Source of the DNA: an uncultured Clostridia bacterium
Lineage (GTDB): Bacteria > Bacillota > Clostridia > Oscillospirales > CAG-272
DNA length: 64,000 nt
Direction: 5' to 3'
Assembly (NCBI GenBank): GCA_947631765.1
Contig: CANRMP010000001.1
Location: forward strand, 242,766-306,765
A model generated the notes under the pieces. The model did no database searches and had not been told where the DNA came from. It saw nothing but the letters and a program-made list of their open reading frames with translations. Shown here piece after piece: positions 18,712 through 29,596 of this stretch. Each line of letters starts with the position of its first letter. The stretch's first letter is position 1. The position numbers were made by a program, and so were the translations under genes.

Positions 18712-20976
18712 ATGGCACATAATAAGCTTCAATCAACGAATGTAAGAGCTCTTATATGGTTTGCGGTAATGGGCGTTGTCTCAATATGCCTTGTGACGAC
18801 GCTTTTTGCCATGCAAATAATAGATTATGAAAAATATCAGAGCCGGGTTATAGACAATATCCAGCAGGAATCAGAGATACCGGCGGAAAGAGGCATGATA
18901 TACGACAGGAATATGATACCCCTTGCGACAAACACTACAACCTACAGAGTGTTCATTTCTCCCTCCGACATTCAGAACGCCGAGAGAAATGACAAGGACG
19001 GAATAAAGTATTCACAAATAGTCTCCAAAAATCTTTCCGAGATACTCGAGGTCGATTATAACGAAATATACGCAAAAACCCAGAAGATAAACAGAAAAGA
19101 CGAGACGATAAAAAGAAACGTCGACGCCGATACAGCCGACCTTATACGGCAATTTATCGCAGACAACAAGCTAACCTCCTGCGTGTATCTTGAAGCGACG
19201 ACAATGAGATATTATCCTTACTCCTCGCTTGCCGCAAGTATAATAGGCGTTACCGGAACCGACGGAGGACTGCTCGGAATCGAGCTTCAATACAACGAAT
19301 ATCTGACCGGCACTCCGGGCAGATACATAACTACAAAAAATGCGCAGAGCGAAAGTATGCCCTCGGAGTACGACCTTTACATAGAAGCCAAAGACGGGCT
19401 GAGCGTTGTTACAACCATTGACGCGACAATTCAGACAATGCTTGAAGAACAGCTTGAAAAGACCTATTACGATTCAAAGGCGGCAAATAAGACGACGGGA
19501 ATAGTTATGAACCCCACAACCGGCGAAATCTACGCCATGGGAACCTATCCCTCCTTTGATCTCAACAATCCTTACGACCTTGACGAAGATTCGCTTGCAG
19601 TGCTTCAAGCTTCCGGACTTGATGAAAATTCGGATGAGTATAATGAGCTGTATTGGGAGTTGCTATACGGGCTGTGGAACAATAAAGCCGTTTCTTATCT
19701 GTACGAGCCGGGTTCAACCTTTAAAATCATGACAACGGCGGCGGCGCTTGAAGAAAATGCAGTCGAATTTTCCACCGTCTTTACGTGTACCGGACGGCTT
19801 AAGGTCAGCGGAACAACGATAAAATGCCATTTGACAAGCGGACACGGAACCGCAACCTTTGATAAATTGCTCCAAAAATCCTGTAACCCGACAATAATGA
19901 ACGTCGCCGCAAGGCTCGGAGCCTCGAAATTCTATTCTTATTTCGAATCCTTCGGCTATACCTCAAAGACAGGAATTGACCTTCCCGGAGAGGCGAGCGG
20001 ACTTTACGTGGCGCTTTCCGGCTTTAACAGCGTGGAGCTTGCATGTTACAGCTTCGGTCAGACCTTCAAAACCACTCTTCTCCAGCAGGTAACAGCCATC
20101 AGCACCGTTGCAAACGGCGGAAGGCTTGTAAAGCCGAGAGTTGTAAACTCGCTTATTGACAGCGACGGGAACACGGTTGTATCATATAACACCGAGTACA
20201 AAAAACAGGTTGTGAGCGCCGACGTCTGCAAGAGCATAATGAGCGTTCTTGAAAAAGGCGTTTCGAACGGAAACGGGGTAAAGAATGCCTACGTTGCGGG
20301 CTACAAGGTGGCGGCAAAAACAGGTACCTCGGAAAAAAGAGACGTTCCGGATAAAAAGGCAAGAATCGGCTCCTGCGTTGCCGTGGCGCCCGCAGACGAC
20401 CCGCAGGTGGTCGCAATAATAATTGTCGACGAGCCTCAAACGAGCAACAGATACGGAAGCACGGTCGCCGCTCCCTACGTTGCGGCTCTTCTTGAACAGG
20501 TGCTCCCTTATCTCGGAATAGAGAGGCAGTATACCGAGGAAGAAATGTCAAGAATAGCAAAAAAGGTCGGCAATTACAGAGGCTATTCGGTTGAAAAAGC
20601 GGTGAGCGCGGTTGAAAAATTGGGACTCGGGTATGAAATTGTCGGCGACGGAAAAACGGTGACAAGTCAGGTACCCGCTGCGGGCGAAACGCTTACAAAT
20701 ATAAACGGTAAGGTGATACTATATACCGGCGGAGCGACGGGCGATAAAATGGTTAAGGTTCCGGATATTACGGGCATGAACGTTACAACCGCCATAAGAC
20801 TGCTTCAATCGAAAAATCTAAACGTACTAATAGAAGGAGCCCAAAATTACAATCAGGGCAGTGGAGCGACTGTTATATCTCAAAGTGTTGAGAAAGACAT
20901 TCAGGTGCATGAATGGGAGGTAATAACCATTGTTTGCAGATATCTTGACGACTCCGATGAAACGGTAGTAGAATAA
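18712..20976 (+). CDS. Class B penicillin-binding protein (FtsI/SpoVD/PBP2B-like) with two C-terminal PASTA domains
   Basis: 754 aa. N-terminal TM, SxxK 'GSTFK', 'KTGT', two PASTA-like repeats at the C-terminus. dcw position. Confidence 0.9.
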   Translation: MAHNKLQSTNVRALIWFAVMGVVSICLVTTLFAMQIIDYEKYQSRVIDNIQQESEIPAERGMIYDRNMIPLATNTTTYRVFISPSDIQNAERNDKDGIKYSQIVSKNLSEILEVDYNEIYAKTQKINRKDETIKRNVDADTADLIRQFIADNKLTSCVYLEATTMRYYPYSSLAASIIGVTGTDGGLLGIELQYNEYLTGTPGRYITTKNAQSESMPSEYDLYIEAKDGLSVVTTIDATIQTMLEEQLEKTYYDSKAANKTTGIVMNPTTGEIYAMGTYPSFDLNNPYDLDEDSLAVLQASGLDENSDEYNELYWELLYGLWNNKAVSYLYEPGSTFKIMTTAAALEENAVEFSTVFTCTGRLKVSGTTIKCHLTSGHGTATFDKLLQKSCNPTIMNVAARLGASKFYSYFESFGYTSKTGIDLPGEASGLYVALSGFNSVELACYSFGQTFKTTLLQQVTAISTVANGGRLVKPRVVNSLIDSDGNTVVSYNTEYKKQVVSADVCKSIMSVLEKGVSNGNGVKNAYVAGYKVAAKTGTSEKRDVPDKKARIGSCVAVAPADDPQVVAIIIVDEPQTSNRYGSTVAAPYVAALLEQVLPYLGIERQYTEEEMSRIAKKVGNYRGYSVEKAVSAVEKLGLGYEIVGDGKTVTSQVPAAGETLTNINGKVILYTGGATGDKMVKVPDITGMNVTTAIRLLQSKNLNVLIEGAQNYNQGSGATVISQSVEKDIQVHEWEVITIVCRYLDDSDETVVE

Positions 20977-21027
20977 TTTTTACTCATTGTCGGAGCACGC
21001 ATAATTAACTACCGAGAAAGGAACCTT

Positions 21028-22512
21028 GTGAGGATGAAGATTTCCGAGCTTTTTAAGGACGCCAAATCTCAGGTCGTTGATTATAACGGATGTGAAAATA
21101 TCGAAGTGTCCGGAGTCACCGGAGACAGCAGGAAGGTGCGGGAAGGATACGCTTTCTTATGCATCGACGGAACAAAATTCGCGGGAGAAAGCTTTATCGA
21201 AGAGGCAAAAGCCGCGGGAGCCTTGGCGGCAATAGTCGACAAAATTCCAAAAAGCATGGCGCTTCCCTATGTACTTGTAAAAAATTCAAGACAGGCTGCG
21301 GCGTATGTTTTTTCAAATATCAACAAAAATCCCGAGAAAAGCCTAAAAATTATCGGAGTGACCGGAACAAACGGGAAAACGAGCAGCGTATTTATGCTTC
21401 GGCATATATTCGAGTGCGCCGGATATAATTGCGGTATGCTCACAACGGTAGCCAACGAGTGGGGAAAACAAGCATACGAGGCGGATATGACCACCCCCGA
21501 CCCCGAAAGCCTCTATTGTATACTTGCAAAAATGAGGGACGACGGCGTGACGCACGTGTTTATGGAGGTCTCCTCACATTCGCTTTCTTTGGGAAGGGTC
21601 GCGCCGATAACCTTCGAAGCGGCAATTTACACTAATCTTACGGAAGATCACCTTGATTTTCACGGGACAATGGAAAAGTATGCCCTTGCAAAGGAAATAC
21701 TCTTTTCAAAGACAAAAATCGGTTTGTTCAACGCCGACGACCCTTATGTGAAAAGAGCGGCAAAAAAAGGACTCTGCCGCGGCATAACTTATTCGGTAAT
21801 CGACAAAAACGCCGATTATTACGCCCGGGATATAGTGTATAATTCTATGGACGGGGTAAAATACGATATTATCAAAAGCGGCACAAGGGTCGCCTCGATT
21901 GACACTCCGCTTGCGGGCGTTATCTCGGTTTACAACACAATGGGAGCGGCAATTTGCGCTATGATGCTTGGAATTGACCCGTCGGTTGTCGAAAAGGGGA
22001 TAAATGAGACTTGCGGCGTGCCCGGAAGAATGGAAAGGGTCAGCCCTAAGGGATGTCCTTTTACCGTTATCATCGATTACGCGCACACCCCTGACGCGCT
22101 TTTGAACGTTTTGAATATCATAAAAAGCTCAAAGTGCGAAAATCAGCGCCTTACGGTGGTTTTCGGCTGCGGAGGGGACAGGGATAAGGCAAAAAGACCG
22201 ATAATGGGCGAAATAGCCACCCGTCTTGCCGACTTTTCGGTGATAACAAGCGACAATTCCAGAAGTGAAGACCCCAACAGCATTATTTGCGACGTGCTTT
22301 GCGGGATACACAAGGAGAGTGCTTACACGGTTATCGTAAACCGCCGTGAGGCGATAGCGTACGCCGTGGAAAACGCGGCCGACAAGGAAATAATACTTAT
22401 TGCCGGCAAGGGGCATGAAAATTATGAAATAACAAAAGAAGGAAAACGCCCTTTTTCCGAAAAGGAAGAAGTGAAAAAAGCGCTTGCAAAGCGCTTTAAA
22501 GACATGTTTTAA
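21028..22512 (+). CDS. murE: UDP-MurNAc-L-Ala-D-Glu--2,6-diaminopimelate ligase MurE
   Basis: 'GVTGTNGKTS' P-loop and Mur ligase middle and C-terminal domains. The start could be GTG 21028 or ATG 21034. Confidence 0.93.
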   Translation: MRMKISELFKDAKSQVVDYNGCENIEVSGVTGDSRKVREGYAFLCIDGTKFAGESFIEEAKAAGALAAIVDKIPKSMALPYVLVKNSRQAAAYVFSNINKNPEKSLKIIGVTGTNGKTSSVFMLRHIFECAGYNCGMLTTVANEWGKQAYEADMTTPDPESLYCILAKMRDDGVTHVFMEVSSHSLSLGRVAPITFEAAIYTNLTEDHLDFHGTMEKYALAKEILFSKTKIGLFNADDPYVKRAAKKGLCRGITYSVIDKNADYYARDIVYNSMDGVKYDIIKSGTRVASIDTPLAGVISVYNTMGAAICAMMLGIDPSVVEKGINETCGVPGRMERVSPKGCPFTVIIDYAHTPDALLNVLNIIKSSKCENQRLTVVFGCGGDRDKAKRPIMGEIATRLADFSVITSDNSRSEDPNSIICDVLCGIHKESAYTVIVNRREAIAYAVENAADKEIILIAGKGHENYEITKEGKRPFSEKEEVKKALAKRFKDMF

Positions 22513-22558
22513 CAACCCGTTTCTTCGGGGGTCAATAATACTTAGTAAGGATTACTTT

Positions 22559-23932
22559 ATGAAAACATCGGTTTTTGCGGGGCTGCTTCTGTCCGAGATA
22601 GCAAAGATGACAAACGGGGTACTGCACGGCAAGGATAAAAGAATAAGCAGTATCGTGACGGATTCGAGAGAAATATGCGACGACTGCCTTTTTGTTGCCA
22701 TAAGGGGCGAAAAAACAGACGGTCACCTCTATATCTTGCCCGAAAAGGGAAGTGCCGTGATGTGCGAATATATCCCCAAGGGCTGTGAGGAGATAAGCGC
22801 AGTTGTTGTTGACGATACTGTCTTAGCGCTCGGAAGGCTTGCTAAGGCTTATAAAACAAAATTCAGTCTGCTGAGCGTTGCAGTTACCGGAAGCGTGGGC
22901 AAGACCACGACAAAGGAGTTTATTTATTCCGTGCTCTCTCAGCGCTTCAAAACGCACAGAAGCGAGGGAAATCACAATAATTTAATAGGTCTTCCCATGA
23001 CTGTGCTTTCGCTTGACCCGAGCGACGAGGCGGCGGTTTTTGAGCTTGGCATGAGCCACAGCGGTGAAATATCCTATCTTTCGGATATAATTTGTCCCGA
23101 TATTTCGGTAATAACCAATATCGGCAGTGCGCATATTGAAAATTTAGGCTCAAGAGAGAAAATAGCGCGTGCAAAGCTTGAAATAAAAGAGGGAATGACC
23201 GAGAAGGGAATCCTTATTATAAATGGCGACGAATCGCTCCTTGCGGGCGAAAAAAGCGCAATTAAGGTGGGAATGAGCGGGGACTGCGATTACCTTGTCA
23301 CAAAAATAGTCGAGGGTGATAACGGCTGTGCATTCGATCTTAAAACCAAGGATGAGTTTGTGGAAAGCATTGTGGTTCCCGCCTTCGGAGAACACAACGT
23401 TATGAACGCCGCCTTGGCGTACGCTGTGGGCAAAGCCACGGGTATGGGCGAATACGAAATAAGGCGAGGGCTTCTCTCATATCGCACAACCGGTATGCGC
23501 CAGAATTTTTACAGCGAAAACGGAATTGAAATAATCGAGGATTGCTATAACGCTTCTCCGGAGTCTATGGCAGCCTCGCTTAAGGTGCTTGTCAGCATGG
23601 CGAAAAGGCATGGAAAAAGAAGCGTTGCGGTGCTCGGGGATATGCTCGAGCTCGGAGAATATTCGACAGAAGCGCACAGGAAGGTGGGAGCCGCCGTATT
23701 TCTTTGCGGTGTGGATATGCTTGTCACCTTCGGAAAAAGAGCGCTAAACACGGCAAAAGCCGCCGCGGAGTTCGGAATGGATCCCGATAATATTTTCGTG
23801 TTCGAAAATACCGAAGACGTCGAATCGATAGGAAGATTTATATTGCAAAATACAAGCAAAAATGATATAATACTGTTTAAGGCGAGTCGTGGCATAAAGC
23901 TTGAAAGGGTCGTCGCATTCATCAAAAATTAA
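22559..23932 (+). CDS. murF: UDP-MurNAc-tripeptide--D-Ala-D-Ala ligase MurF
   Basis: 'AVTGSVGKTTTKE' P-loop. ATG 22559 was chosen because the track ORF start at 22484 overlaps murE. Confidence 0.92.
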   Translation: MKTSVFAGLLLSEIAKMTNGVLHGKDKRISSIVTDSREICDDCLFVAIRGEKTDGHLYILPEKGSAVMCEYIPKGCEEISAVVVDDTVLALGRLAKAYKTKFSLLSVAVTGSVGKTTTKEFIYSVLSQRFKTHRSEGNHNNLIGLPMTVLSLDPSDEAAVFELGMSHSGEISYLSDIICPDISVITNIGSAHIENLGSREKIARAKLEIKEGMTEKGILIINGDESLLAGEKSAIKVGMSGDCDYLVTKIVEGDNGCAFDLKTKDEFVESIVVPAFGEHNVMNAALAYAVGKATGMGEYEIRRGLLSYRTTGMRQNFYSENGIEIIEDCYNASPESMAASLKVLVSMAKRHGKRSVAVLGDMLELGEYSTEAHRKVGAAVFLCGVDMLVTFGKRALNTAKAAAEFGMDPDNIFVFENTEDVESIGRFILQNTSKNDIILFKASRGIKLERVVAFIKN

Positions 23933-23954
23933 TATAATTTAAAAGGATCAGACC

Positions 23955-24953
23955 ATGAAAACTCAGATGATTATATATTTTGTCGCATGTGCCGCCGTAG
24001 TGTTCCTTATAACCGCTTATGCCTCAAAAATTATGATCCCGCTATTGAAAAGCCTTAAAATGGGGCAGAAAATACTTGATATAGGCCCGAGATGGCATAA
24101 AAATAAAGAGGGCACTCCCACAATGGGCGGAATAGGCTTTATTTTTGCAAGCATTTTGGTTTTTGCCGCCGTTTGTGTGGTGCTTTCTATCAAGAAAGAA
24201 GACGTGGAAATAGGCAAGATGACGCTTTGCGTCCTTTTTGCCCTGTTTAACGGACTTATCGGCTTTATAGATGACTTTGCAAAATTTTTCAAAAAGCAGA
24301 ATCAGGGACTCAAGGCGGGGCAAAAGTTTTTCTTACAGCTTCTTGCGGCGGGCGCTTTTCTGTTTTTTATGAAAACCTTCGGATTTATAAACGAGTCTGT
24401 TTACATTCCGTTTATAGATATTAGAATCAAGCTCGGCTTCGCATATTACATCATTATGATAGTTCTTATCACGGGGATAGTGAACAGCGTAAACCTCACC
24501 GACGGTATCGACGGTTTGGCGTCGAGCGTTACCTTTGTTGTGGGCGGCTTTTTCGCCGTCGCCTCAATGGCTCTCGGGAATATGTCCTCTCTGATACTCT
24601 CTGCGCTTGTAGTCGGCTCAACCCTCGGCTTCCTTGTGTATAATTTCTACCCCGCTAAGATATTCATGGGAGACACAGGCTCGCTCTTTCTCGGGGGAAT
24701 GGTTATAGCGCTCGGCTTTATGCTCGACAATCCGCTTATACTGCTTCCCGTCGGGGTAATTTATATCTGCGAAAGTCTTTCGGATATAATTCAGGTCGGT
24801 TATTTCAAAATATCCGGGGGAAAGCGTATTTTCAAAATGGCGCCGATACATCACCATTTCGAAAAGTGCGGATGGAGCGAAAACAAGGTTGTGTTTGTCT
24901 TTTCGCTTGTGACCCTTATATTCTGCGTTGCGGCATATTTCGGCCTGGGATAA
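23955..24953 (+). CDS. mraY: Phospho-N-acetylmuramoyl-pentapeptide transferase MraY
   Basis: 'GTPTMGG', 'NSVNLTDGIDGLA', 'PIHHHFE' motifs. 10-TM-type profile. Confidence 0.96.
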   Translation: MKTQMIIYFVACAAVVFLITAYASKIMIPLLKSLKMGQKILDIGPRWHKNKEGTPTMGGIGFIFASILVFAAVCVVLSIKKEDVEIGKMTLCVLFALFNGLIGFIDDFAKFFKKQNQGLKAGQKFFLQLLAAGAFLFFMKTFGFINESVYIPFIDIRIKLGFAYYIIMIVLITGIVNSVNLTDGIDGLASSVTFVVGGFFAVASMALGNMSSLILSALVVGSTLGFLVYNFYPAKIFMGDTGSLFLGGMVIALGFMLDNPLILLPVGVIYICESLSDIIQVGYFKISGGKRIFKMAPIHHHFEKCGWSENKVVFVFSLVTLIFCVAAYFGLG

Positions 24954-25018
24954 TAAAAACGTGAAATAAAACGATTATTTATACCTTTATTTTGTAAAAC
25001 TCAAAACGGAGAAGCGCT

Positions 25019-26230
25019 TTGGATAACGATATTACAGAAGGCGGCGGCGAGTCGACCCCGAAAGAGAAAAAAACAAAGATAAAGATTTTTGAAAAGGGCT
25101 CAATAGACCGACCTATGCTTATAATCATACTTTTGCTTGTATGCATAGGCTCTATTATGGTCTTTTCGGCAAGCTATGCCTATGCGTATTCAAGCCTTGG
25201 CGACAGCCGCCATTACATACGCTTGCAGCTCGGCTTTGTTCTCGGCGGCGGAGCATTAATGGCGTTTGTCTCCTTGTTTAATTATGAGTTTATTAAAAAG
25301 TTTTCGATCGCCGCGTATATCGCCTCTATCGGGCTGCTTCTTGTGGTGCTTGTTGCCGGCTCCTCGGAAGGAGCGGCTAAAAGGTGGCTGCTGCTCGGTC
25401 CTGTCAGCGTTCAGCCCTCCGAAATAATGAAATTCGCCCTTGTGCTGATGATTGCGTATTATTTTGATAAAAATTACCGCAGAGTGAACATTCAGGGGCA
25501 TTTTTGGAAATCCACCTGGTACAGTATTGTTCTTCCGGGGATGTTCGTATTGCTTGCCTGCCTGCTTATTATGCTTGAAAACCACCTTTCGGGAACCATA
25601 ATAGTCGGACTTATAGGGCTTTCGGTCATATGGGTCGGAGGCGGAAAATGGCAATGGTATTTGGTGTTTATTATAGTTGTCGTCGTTTCGCTTTTTGCGG
25701 TGTTCAACTTTTCCGAGCAAGTATTCTCAGTTTTTCCCGAATACATTCAAAAGCGGGTTGACATGTGGTTAAATCCCGAAAATTACAGTGTGCAGGACGA
25801 CACTTGGCAGACGGTTCAGGGAATGATTGCCGTAGGCTCGGGCGGCCTCTTCGGGCGCGGGCTTGGCAACAGCCTTCAAAAGCATCTGTTTGTGTCTCAG
25901 CCGCAGAACGACTTTATTTTTGCTATTGTGTGTGAAGAGCTCGGCTTTGTCGGCGCGGTAGGCGTTATTATTCTTTACCTTGTTTTTATCTGGCGCGGAA
26001 TACATATAGCCAAACGCGCACCCGACCTTTATTCCGCCCTTGTTGTGCTCGGAATAGTGTCTCATGTGGCGATACAGGCATTTTTGAACATTGCGGTTGT
26101 TACCGCGCTGATTCCCAACACCGGTATATCGCTGCCGTTTTTCTCATACGGAGGCTCCTCCCTCATAATTCTTATGGCGGAGATGGGTATTGTCCTTTGT
26201 ATCTCAAAATATTCTAAAATCCACAAATAA
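25019..26230 (+). CDS. ftsW: SEDS-family peptidoglycan polymerase FtsW/SpoVE
   Basis: 403 aa polytopic protein. 'QPSEIMKFALVL' and 'LPFFSYGGSS' SEDS motifs. TTG start 4 nt after GGAGAAG. Confidence 0.88.
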   Translation: MDNDITEGGGESTPKEKKTKIKIFEKGSIDRPMLIIILLLVCIGSIMVFSASYAYAYSSLGDSRHYIRLQLGFVLGGGALMAFVSLFNYEFIKKFSIAAYIASIGLLLVVLVAGSSEGAAKRWLLLGPVSVQPSEIMKFALVLMIAYYFDKNYRRVNIQGHFWKSTWYSIVLPGMFVLLACLLIMLENHLSGTIIVGLIGLSVIWVGGGKWQWYLVFIIVVVVSLFAVFNFSEQVFSVFPEYIQKRVDMWLNPENYSVQDDTWQTVQGMIAVGSGGLFGRGLGNSLQKHLFVSQPQNDFIFAIVCEELGFVGAVGVIILYLVFIWRGIHIAKRAPDLYSALVVLGIVSHVAIQAFLNIAVVTALIPNTGISLPFFSYGGSSLIILMAEMGIVLCISKYSKIHK

Positions 26231-26262
26231 TATTACTGCCGAAGGCAGTGGGAGCAAATGCT

Positions 26263-27384
26263 ATGAAAGTTGTAATGACAGGCGGCGGAACGGCGGGGCA
26301 TGTGAACCCGGCGCTGAGTATCGCGCAGATTATAAAAGACAAAGAGCCGGACTCGCATATTGAGTTTATAGGAACAAAAGACAGGCTTGAAGCAAAGCTT
26401 GTACCCAAAGCCGGCTATAAGCTCAGCACAATAGAGGTTTACGGGCTAAAACGCTCTCTCTCGCCACAAAATATCAAGACGATGTATAAGGCTTATACCT
26501 CTTATCTAAAATGCAAAAAAATGCTTTCGGAAATATCGCCCGATGTCGTGATAGGCACCGGTGGATATGTAAGCTGGCCTGTTTGCCGCGCCGCCGCGGC
26601 GCTCAAAATACCGACAGCCCTTCATGAGGCAAACGCAGAGCCGGGCTTTGCGGTCAAAATGTTAAATTCAAAAGCCGACGTGATTTTCCTAAATTTCAAA
26701 GAGACCGAAAAATCGCTTCCCGACAGGAAAAAAACGCGCAAGCTTCACGTCGGAATGCCTATTGACAAGCGCTTTTTGGAGCTTAACGCGGCAAGCGAGC
26801 GCGAAAGACTGCTTCCTCTCACGGCTGAAAGAATGGTGCTCTCGTTCGGCGGCTCTTTGGGAGCGGAAAAAATCAACGGCACTGTTTTAAAAATGCTGAA
26901 ATCGTACGCCGCATGTCACCCAAGCGTTTATTTTCTCCACGCGACGGGCGCCAAGGCATACGAACAGTTTATGGACGAATTTACAAGGGCAGGGCTTGAC
27001 AAGTGTAAAAATATAAAAATTTGCGATTATATTTACGATATGCCGTGTCAAATGGCGGCTGCCGATATTGTAATTTCAAGATCGGGCGCATCCACCATGT
27101 CGGAGCTTGCGGCACTCGGCAAACCGGCAATACTCGTGCCTTCCCCTAACGTAACAAACAATCAGCAGTACAGAAATGCTAAAATTTTCGAAAATGAAAA
27201 CGCCGCACTGCTTATTAAGGACGACGAGCTTGACGAAAATGTTCTTTCAAACGCCATAGACTCGCTTATATCATCCCCGAAAAAGCTCAGTGAAATGGCA
27301 AAAAACGCCTACAAATTTGCCGTTTTAGATACGAACGAAAGAATATACAATTGTATAAAAGAGCTTGTCAATGCTAAAAAATAA
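26263..27384 (+). CDS. murG: UDP-GlcNAc--lipid I GlcNAc transferase MurG
   Basis: 'MKVVMTGGGTAGHVNPAL' N-terminus (ATG 26263). GT28 C-terminal 'SRSGASTMSELAALGKPAILVP'. Confidence 0.93.
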   Translation: MKVVMTGGGTAGHVNPALSIAQIIKDKEPDSHIEFIGTKDRLEAKLVPKAGYKLSTIEVYGLKRSLSPQNIKTMYKAYTSYLKCKKMLSEISPDVVIGTGGYVSWPVCRAAAALKIPTALHEANAEPGFAVKMLNSKADVIFLNFKETEKSLPDRKKTRKLHVGMPIDKRFLELNAASERERLLPLTAERMVLSFGGSLGAEKINGTVLKMLKSYAACHPSVYFLHATGAKAYEQFMDEFTRAGLDKCKNIKICDYIYDMPCQMAAADIVISRSGASTMSELAALGKPAILVPSPNVTNNQQYRNAKIFENENAALLIKDDELDENVLSNAIDSLISSPKKLSEMAKNAYKFAVLDTNERIYNCIKELVNAKK

Positions 27385-27431
27385 GGAAAAAACAAAATAA
27401 GAAAAATTAAAATAAAGGAGGGGCACAGTCG

Positions 27432-28325
27432 GTGAATGAAGAAAACGAAAGAAAAAACGAAGACCGCGCGGCGTTTACTTCGCTTGAAAATAAAAGCCGC
27501 ATAAAAAGAAATATCGGCATTGCCACGGTTTTGCTCCTTATTTTAATTTTGATTTTTACGCTTGCGATTTTCGTGCTCAATACCTATTTTGATATCGATT
27601 CAATTATAGTCGACGGCACGGATAAGTACAGCTATCTTGAAATATGCGAAAATCTCGGCTTTGAGGAGGGAGATATAATATTTTTCGTATCCGAAAAAAA
27701 GGTTGAGGAAAACCTGATGCGCGTATTTCCTTTTATTGCAAGTGTCGAAATTGTAAAGAATTATCCGAGTTCGATAAATATTATAATATATGAAGAAAAT
27801 CCGCTTTTTTATGTTCGGGGCGACGGGGAATACTATGTGCTTACAAACGAGCTTAAGGTGCTTGAACGTTATGAAAGCTTGCCCGACCTTACCGCCGCGT
27901 ACCCCGAGCTCAAAGAGTTAAAATCTCCCGAGATATATAAAATAATAGCGCCCGAAAAGGTGGTTTTTAAGAATCCGAGAGATTTAAGATATCTTCGTGA
28001 ATTTCTTGTGGAGCTTTCAAGCTGGGAGGGCTTTGCAAAGACCGACCATATCGATATATCCGAAAAATTCGATATTACAATCGAGTACGACGGCAGAATA
28101 ACAATAATGTTCGGCAATCGCTATGATCTTGAGGACAAGCTCAATATCGCAAGCGCCATGATTAGCTCATATCCGGAAAACGCTCACGGAATCTTTGATA
28201 TCAGTAACGTTGAAGAGAGCATCGCCCGCATGACAGATGCGCCCGATAACGAGGAAAATGCAGATAGGTGGCGCGTTTGCCTGCAGGAGAAAAAATATTC
28301 ATCTCAAATTGTAAAATATTTATAA
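27432..28325 (+). CDS. ftsQ: FtsQ/DivIB-type cell division protein (POTRA)
   Basis: Single TM (IGIATVLLLILILIFTLAIFVL) followed by a POTRA-like 'IDSIIVDG' region. Positioned between murG and ftsZ. GTG start 8 nt after AAAGGAGGGG. Confidence 0.6.
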   Translation: MNEENERKNEDRAAFTSLENKSRIKRNIGIATVLLLILILIFTLAIFVLNTYFDIDSIIVDGTDKYSYLEICENLGFEEGDIIFFVSEKKVEENLMRVFPFIASVEIVKNYPSSINIIIYEENPLFYVRGDGEYYVLTNELKVLERYESLPDLTAAYPELKELKSPEIYKIIAPEKVVFKNPRDLRYLREFLVELSSWEGFAKTDHIDISEKFDITIEYDGRITIMFGNRYDLEDKLNIASAMISSYPENAHGIFDISNVEESIARMTDAPDNEENADRWRVCLQEKKYSSQIVKYL

Positions 28326-28414
28326 ACATTTTAGAAAACTATTGAATAATCGGTCAAAAAATTATAATATATATATGTCATAGTTTGTGTAATACGTACA
28401 GGAGGTAATAAAAT

Positions 28415-29497
28415 ATGGCATTCGATGAAAATGCGGAATGCATTGATTGTGCGACTAAAATAAAGGTAATAGGTGTAGGCGGAGGCGGAAATAACGCCGT
28501 TAACAGAATGATCGAGGCGGGAGTTGACGGAGTTGAATTTGTCGCTATAAACACCGACAGAGCCGCTCTTTTAAGATCTAAGGCCGACACCAAGGTCGTT
28601 ATCGGCGAAAAGCTTACAAAGGGTCAGGGCGCAGGTTCCAATCCCGAGGTCGGAGCTGCCGCCGCAGAGGAAAATCTCGAAGATATAAATAACGCCATCA
28701 AGGGCGCCGATATGGTGTTCATCACAGCCGGAATGGGCGGAGGAACAGGCACAGGTGCGGCTCCCGTCGTTGCAAAGCTGGCGCATGACATGGGCATACT
28801 TACAGTTGCCGTTGTCACAAAGCCGTTTAAATTCGAGCGCGACAAGAGAATGGCGCAGGCGGAGGCAGGCATTGCTCAGCTGAGCGCAAACGTCGACGCG
28901 ATTATTGTTATCCCCAACGAGAGATTAAAACAGCTTTCTTCCACAAGAATAACCGTTCTTAACGCTTTCCTTGAAGCGGATAATATTCTGAAACACGGCG
29001 TTCAGAGCATTTCCGACCTTGTCATAAAGGACGGTCTTATCAATCTTGACTTTGCAGACGTTAAGTCAATAATGCTCAATTCGGGATACGCTCATATGGG
29101 AGTCGGCGCCGCTTCCGGCAAGGAAAAGGCGGAGACTGCCGCAAAGCTTGCTATTTCCAGCCCGCTTCTTGAGACCTCCATTTCCGGAGCAAGAGGAATA
29201 CTTGTCAACTTCACCTGCCCGAGCGATTTTGCGCTGGACGAGCTTGACACAGCCGCAGATATGATAACAAACGAGGCTCATCCCGACGCAAGAGTTATTA
29301 TCGGTTACGTTGTGGACGACACGCTCAACGACGAGGTACACGTTACCGTTGTGGCTACCGGCTTTGTTAAGGATGACGTCAAGGATGCGACAATTGCCGA
29401 TTCTTCGATTAAAGAGACCGCTCCCGCAGTTGACAAAACTCAGTCGGACAGCGGAGACTACGACAAGATTTTCGATATATTCAGCAAAAAGAAATAA
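28415..29497 (+). CDS. ftsZ: Cell division GTPase FtsZ
   Basis: '[17 protein letters not shown]' and tubulin signature '[11 protein letters not shown]'. 360 aa. Confidence 0.98.
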   Translation: MAFDENAECIDCATKIKVIGVGGGGNNAVNRMIEAGVDGVEFVAINTDRAALLRSKADTKVVIGEKLTKGQGAGSNPEVGAAAAEENLEDINNAIKGADMVFITAGMGGGTGTGAAPVVAKLAHDMGILTVAVVTKPFKFERDKRMAQAEAGIAQLSANVDAIIVIPNERLKQLSSTRITVLNAFLEADNILKHGVQSISDLVIKDGLINLDFADVKSIMLNSGYAHMGVGAASGKEKAETAAKLAISSPLLETSISGARGILVNFTCPSDFALDELDTAADMITNEAHPDARVIIGYVVDDTLNDEVHVTVVATGFVKDDVKDATIADSSIKETAPAVDKTQSDSGDYDKIFDIFSKKK

Positions 29498-29531
29498 GTC
29501 TAAAGCCTTAAGCTTATAAAGCAAAAAATTA

Positions 29532-29563
29532 TTTCGGGTTTTCGCTTTCGCGAAAACCCGAAA
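29532..29563. terminator. Bidirectional terminator between ftsZ and proS
   Basis: Perfect 14-bp stem TTTCGGGTTTTCGC / GCGAAAACCCGAAA with a 4-nt loop. A good T-run follows on the minus strand (AATTTTTTGC); the plus-strand T-run is weaker. Confidence 0.8.
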
Positions 29564-29596
29564 ATGTTTTATAATTGATATTTGATTTTGGAAAAA

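Noticed and set aside
20153-20665. 170-aa Arg/Pro-rich ORF on the minus strand
   Set aside because: It is entirely antisense to the PBP gene, whose SxxK/KTGT/PASTA motifs are clear. Its biased composition is typical of antisense frames.
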